From: Candidatus Woesearchaeota archaeon | Lineage (GTDB): Archaea; Nanobdellota; Nanobdellia; SCGC-AAA011-G17; PNOQ01 | DNA: 17,861 nt | NCBI GenBank assembly: GCA_964481835.1 | Contig: CAYZTT010000013.1 | Span: 1-17,861 of the forward strand | Direction: 5' to 3' | Part shown: positions 14,104 through 17,861 of the stretch, piece after piece | Layout: every line of letters begins with the position of its first letter | Position numbering within the stretch: the stretch's first letter is position 1 | Notes under the pieces: model-generated | The model's input: the letters and a program-made list of their open reading frames with translations, nothing else | What the model was told of the DNA's origin: nothing | The model's database searches: none | Made by a program: the position numbers and the translations under genes

Positions 14104-16604
14104 TGGATATAGGAACTTTAGTTGCCAGCATTGGTGCGGATATAAAAGATCTTGAAAGAGGTGTAGTAAAAGCAAAAAAACACTTTAAAGATCTGGTGAA
14201 AACATCCGGTAAAACAACCGATGATATAGAGAAAGATTGGAAGAAGTTGGGATCTATGTCCTCTGAAAGCATTAAAAGTATGCGTAAAGATGTTATGGCC
14301 TCGTATACTAGAATAAAAAAACATGCAGATACAACAAATTATGATACTGTCCGTTCTCGAAAATTAATGATTCAAAAACTAAAGACTTTGAATCTGGAGT
14401 ATGTTAAGCATATTAAAAACTCTCTTAAAGATGTAGAAAAAGCACATAGTAATTCCAGCAGAGTAATTGTTAATTTTATGAAAGGTATTGCTGCTGCTGC
14501 TGCCACTTATTTATCTTTTCAATCCTTGTATGCTGTTGGACATGAAATAGTTGAAACTGGAATACGTTTGGAATCCCTTGAAAATGCCATGAGGGCAGTT
14601 ACGGGAAGTGCTCATACGGCAGGGGTTGAATTGCAGTTTATCGCAGATAGTGCCCATAATTTAGGTTTAAATATACGAGCTTTGGAAGATTCCTATAAAA
14701 CCCTTGCTGCTGCAAGTATGAAAACTAAATTGGAAGGTCAGGGTGCTCGGGATGTTTTTTATGCTGTTGCAGAAGCAAGTACCGCAATGCAGCTAACCGC
14801 AACTCAATCCCATGCTGCTCTGTATGCCTTACAGCAGATGATGTCAAAAGGACGAGTTCAAACAGAAGAATTAAGAAGGCAGTTAGGTGAACAACTTCCG
14901 GGTGCTTTTCAGATGGCAGCAGAAGCAATGGGGGTTACTACTTTAGAATTAAACAGGATGTTAGAAAGAGGGCAAGTTGTTTCTGAAGACTTCTTACCAA
15001 AGTTTGCAAAAGTATTACATGAAAGATTTGGTAAAGCAGCAGAGAAAAATGCGGAATTGGCCCGTGGTGCTTTTAATAGATTATATAATGATATTGAAGA
15101 ATTTAAACGTGTTTTGGCTAAATCAGGATTGACTAAGTTTTTTGCAGATGTTGCAAGAGTATCATCTAAAGTAATAAAAGCAACTACATTGGTGGTTGGC
15201 GGGGAGTCCCCTGAAACAAAAATAGAAAGACTCCGTAAACAATTATCCCTATTAAAAAAAGATACTGGTGGTTTTTGGAGTAAATTTGGTGGTTTTTGGA
15301 GTAAATTTAAAGATCCGATCCCCGGATTTGTAAGACCTCCTTCAGATGTAACTACTGGATCTTCTGCAAAAAAACGGATTGAAGCACAAATAGAAGCTTG
15401 GAAAGGAGTTATTCAGTTTCAAAATAAAGTAGCTGAACATAATCGTATTTTATTAAGACAGGGAGAAAAACAAAAGGATCTATTAGGTTTACATACTGAA
15501 GAATTAAAAGAAGGAGCTAAGTTAGAAAAAACACTAACTCAATCTTTTATAGAAGGGGAACAGATAAAAGCAGATGTTTGGTGGGAAAAACTTGAAAAAA
15601 GAAGGGAAGAAGCAAAGAAAAGGGAAGAAGAAGAAAAAGCTCTTCAAATAAGAGCTGGGCAAGGGTTTCTTGGTATATTAGAATGGCGAGCCGGAATGGA
15701 AAGAGATTTCCGTCAAGCAGAATTGGATGGTATTGCAGAGCATCTTGAACAGAAGGAGGTTTTAGAAACGAAATATGAGAATCAGAAATTAAATAATATC
15801 CGTACCTTTAGAGAAGCAGATGCTCTATCCATGGAAAAATGGAATGAATATAAAACTCAGATAGATAATGAAAAATTAAAAACACAAAATGAGTTTAATG
15901 AAAAATATGCCGAGATGGGTAAAAGTAAGTTTGAAATTGAACGTGAACAATTAAAAGAAATGGAGAAGGCTTATACAGAAGCTTGTGTGGATGAAATCCA
16001 ATTAGAAAAATGGGTAGCTCATGAAAAGGCAAAGATATTAAAAAAAGAGCTAAAAGAAAAACTTGGTATGTATCAGTCAACCGCTGGCAGCATTGCGAAT
16101 ACTTTTCAGATGGTTGCTCAGGCAGGTGGAAAACATAGTAAAGAAGCTTTTAAGATGTATAAGGCGTTTGCTATGGTTGAGGCCGCAATTGGAGGGGCTA
16201 AGGCTGTTTTGTCAGCCATGGGGGCTCCCTGGCCATTAAACATAATTGCAGTTCCTGTGGCCGCAGCCGCAGCCGCAATTCAGATTGGAAAGATTGCAGC
16301 CTCACAACCACCTTCTTATGATCAAGGCGGTATTTCAAATGCAAGAGGTATTTATCAAACTGGAAATATAGCAGAAGCACATATTCCAATTCCAAGCGGA
16401 GGTAGGATTCCTGTCGAGATGAAAAAAGGAGGACGTACAGTTCAAATTATAATGAACAATCCTGTTTTTCAAGATTTGGAGACTCAAAGGCAGCATATGG
16501 TTCAGATTGCAGATGTTGTAACAAGACAGATTGCTCCGGAAGCAGTTGTAGAAAACTATAATAATGATGGAGCTGTTCGAGCAATGGTTAGAGGAGGTGC
16601 ATAA
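14103..16604 (+). CDS. tail tape measure protein
   Basis: An 833-aa protein with long coiled-coil stretches, an internal exact tandem repeat (GGFWSKF x2) and a hydrophobic segment AVPVAAAAAAIQIG. It follows the G/GT pair. Confidence 0.85.
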   Translation: MDIGTLVASIGADIKDLERGVVKAKKHFKDLVKTSGKTTDDIEKDWKKLGSMSSESIKSMRKDVMASYTRIKKHADTTNYDTVRSRKLMIQKLKTLNLEYVKHIKNSLKDVEKAHSNSSRVIVNFMKGIAAAAATYLSFQSLYAVGHEIVETGIRLESLENAMRAVTGSAHTAGVELQFIADSAHNLGLNIRALEDSYKTLAAASMKTKLEGQGARDVFYAVAEASTAMQLTATQSHAALYALQQMMSKGRVQTEELRRQLGEQLPGAFQMAAEAMGVTTLELNRMLERGQVVSEDFLPKFAKVLHERFGKAAEKNAELARGAFNRLYNDIEEFKRVLAKSGLTKFFADVARVSSKVIKATTLVVGGESPETKIERLRKQLSLLKKDTGGFWSKFGGFWSKFKDPIPGFVRPPSDVTTGSSAKKRIEAQIEAWKGVIQFQNKVAEHNRILLRQGEKQKDLLGLHTEELKEGAKLEKTLTQSFIEGEQIKADVWWEKLEKRREEAKKREEEEKALQIRAGQGFLGILEWRAGMERDFRQAELDGIAEHLEQKEVLETKYENQKLNNIRTFREADALSMEKWNEYKTQIDNEKLKTQNEFNEKYAEMGKSKFEIEREQLKEMEKAYTEACVDEIQLEKWVAHEKAKILKKELKEKLGMYQSTAGSIANTFQMVAQAGGKHSKEAFKMYKAFAMVEAAIGGAKAVLSAMGAPWPLNIIAVPVAAAAAAIQIGKIAASQPPSYDQGGISNARGIYQTGNIAEAHIPIPSGGRIPVEMKKGGRTVQIIMNNPVFQDLETQRQHMVQIADVVTRQIAPEAVVENYNNDGAVRAMVRGGA
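15267..15308 (+). repeat. perfect 21-nt tandem duplication (ggtggtttttggagtaaattt x2) inside the tape measure gene
   Basis: Seen directly in the sequence. It encodes GGFWSKF-GGFWSKF. Confidence 0.9.
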
Positions 16605-16960
16605 TGGCAGCAGGAGATGCTTTTACATTAGTTCCAGAAGCAGTGGTGACATTGGAACCAGAATATAATACTGTTGAATCTCAAACAGAGTCTATGAAGA
16701 AAGAACACTATGAAATATCTTCAACTCCAGTTGAGAGATATCGTTTAATCTTTGAAGCATTGACTGATTCTGAAAGAGATACTTTATTAGACCATTTTAA
16801 AGATCAATCTGGAGGTTACTATGCTTTCTCGTGGCAATCTGTTCCAAACTATATAGGTTCTGGAGCAAATATTACAGGCAGATGGGTAAAGGGGAGTTTA
16901 ACAATGAATCCATTGAATCCTTATTGGAAATGTTCAATAGAATTTGAAAAGGAGAATTAA
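16604..16960 (+). CDS. minor tail protein, lambda gpM-like
   Basis: A 118-aa protein directly after the tape measure gene (TAATG coupling). HFKDQSGGYYAFSW and SIEFEKE parallel lambda gpM FLEEHGGWKSFLW and SAEFEQV. Confidence 0.55.
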   Translation: MAAGDAFTLVPEAVVTLEPEYNTVESQTESMKKEHYEISSTPVERYRLIFEALTDSERDTLLDHFKDQSGGYYAFSWQSVPNYIGSGANITGRWVKGSLTMNPLNPYWKCSIEFEKEN

Positions 16961-17824
16961 ATGCCCAGAGATTTACCAGCAGCAGTTATAACTCAAATGG
17001 ATGCGACACAAAAGCGTCCTGTTTTAATATTTGAACTTGGACTGACTTCAACTCTTAGATATGTGGCAAGTAATGCAAATGTAACTTTTCCCACAGCTGG
17101 CAATACTTATACTGCTAAAAATATTCAGATTTCCGGGGTTTCTCAAGCTGCTGAGGGGCAAATCGGTCGAATAACTGTTAAGTTTGATAATGTCTCAAGG
17201 GACATGGCAGCTTTTGTAAACAATGAAGATTTCAGGGGGAAGTCTCTTGTTATTAAACGTATTTATTTGGATGCCCTTGGAAGTGCTGATAATTACAATG
17301 AAGTTTTTAATGGTTATATGGAAAAACCATCAGAGATAAGTAGACATTGGCTGACTGTTCCGGCAACCATTGGAAAACCATTAATCCGTAAATCTCTTAT
17401 TGTGCCATATCAACGGATGTGCCCATGGATATTCGGGGGTACGGAATGCAACACTGATGGGAATGCTGATTTGTCATCATTAACGGCTACAGGAACAGCT
17501 GATTCCGGGACAACAACAACATTGGTGCATAGTGCATTGACTCAAGTTAGTGATTATTGGAATTATGGTAAAATAACTATTACTAAAGCAGGAGTTGAAT
17601 ATAAGAGAAAAGTTAAAGATTTTGATGCCGGTACAGACACGATCACTCTTGATGTTGATTTGCCGGTTGCAGTAGATAACACGACAACATATGAGTTATT
17701 CAAAGGATGTGATCAAACCTGGGATACTTGCAAACAAGATAATGCATGGGGGCCGTCTGGTGATAACAAGGCGAATTTTGGCGGATGTATACATATAACA
17801 GCTCCGCTTGATGGGGGTGAATAA
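16961..17824 (+). CDS. minor tail protein, lambda gpL-like (conserved Cys cluster, putative Fe-S site)
   Basis: Blocks RPVLIFELGL, YTAKNIQISGVSQAAEGQIGRITVKFDN and GKSLVIKRIYLDAL parallel lambda gpL. C-terminal cysteines (CPWIFGGTEC ... KGCDQTWDTC ... NFGGC) match the gpL C...C...C..C...NFGGF region. Confidence 0.75.
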   Translation: MPRDLPAAVITQMDATQKRPVLIFELGLTSTLRYVASNANVTFPTAGNTYTAKNIQISGVSQAAEGQIGRITVKFDNVSRDMAAFVNNEDFRGKSLVIKRIYLDALGSADNYNEVFNGYMEKPSEISRHWLTVPATIGKPLIRKSLIVPYQRMCPWIFGGTECNTDGNADLSSLTATGTADSGTTTTLVHSALTQVSDYWNYGKITITKAGVEYKRKVKDFDAGTDTITLDVDLPVAVDNTTTYELFKGCDQTWDTCKQDNAWGPSGDNKANFGGCIHITAPLDGGE

Positions 17825-17861
17825 TGATCAGAAAAATGGAAGTTGAGGATATTGCAAAGAT
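17824..17861 (+). CDS. 5' start of the next tail-tip gene (partial; MIRKMEVEDIAK...)
   Basis: ATG overlaps the gpL-like stop (TAATG). The gpK-like position is a guess from gene order. Confidence 0.3.
   Translation, partial: MIRKMEVEDIAK

Noticed and set aside
16261-16280. GCC-GCA trinucleotide run in the tape measure gene
   Set aside because: It is short, about 6 codons, and encodes a poly-Ala segment within a hydrophobic stretch of the tape measure protein. It is unremarkable compared with the perfect 21-bp duplication.
1-17861. tRNA, CRISPR, integrase/att, toxin-antitoxin or defence/anti-defence genes
   Set aside because: None were recognisable. There are no cloverleaf-compatible conserved tRNA motifs, no repeat-spacer arrays, no tyrosine or serine recombinase motifs, and every substantial ORF is accounted for by structural or cassette functions.

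Overview
This window is a contiguous, single-strand (+) late/morphogenesis operon of a low-GC tailed phage or prophage, a siphovirus with a lambda-like tail tip. All credible genes are on the + strand, most have AGGAGG-type ribosome binding sites, and many start/stop codons overlap (ATGA, TAATG). The gene order is: small membrane protein, class-3 lipase-like hydrolase, portal, Mu-F/SPP1-gp7-like head morphogenesis protein, scaffold-like protein, small capsid-associated protein, HK97-fold major capsid protein (DUF2184-like), small acidic protein, then a seven-gene insertion, then head-tail adaptor, head closure, HK97-gp10-like neck protein, tail terminator, tail tube, G/GT chaperones with a canonical A_AAA_AAC -1 slippery site, tape measure protein, gpM-like protein and gpL-like protein with a conserved Cys cluster. 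The unusual part is the seven-gene block at 6884-11092. It sits between the capsid gene and the head-tail joining genes and is translationally coupled to them. It encodes a DUF115 (Maf/MptE-like) putative glycosyl/nonulosonate transferase, a class I SAM methyltransferase, two sulfotransferases from different families (each with recognisable 5'-PSB and 3'-PB PAPS motifs), two paralogous DxD glycosyltransferase-like proteins, and a compact APS-kinase-like P-loop kinase that lacks the lid segment. None of the seven proteins has a transmembrane segment and there is no flippase or polymerase. I read this as a candidate phage-encoded glycan methylation and sulfation system, with its own PAPS-generating kinase, acting on a cytoplasmic substrate, most plausibly virion proteins. 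No tRNA, CRISPR, integrase or convincing intrinsic terminator was seen.
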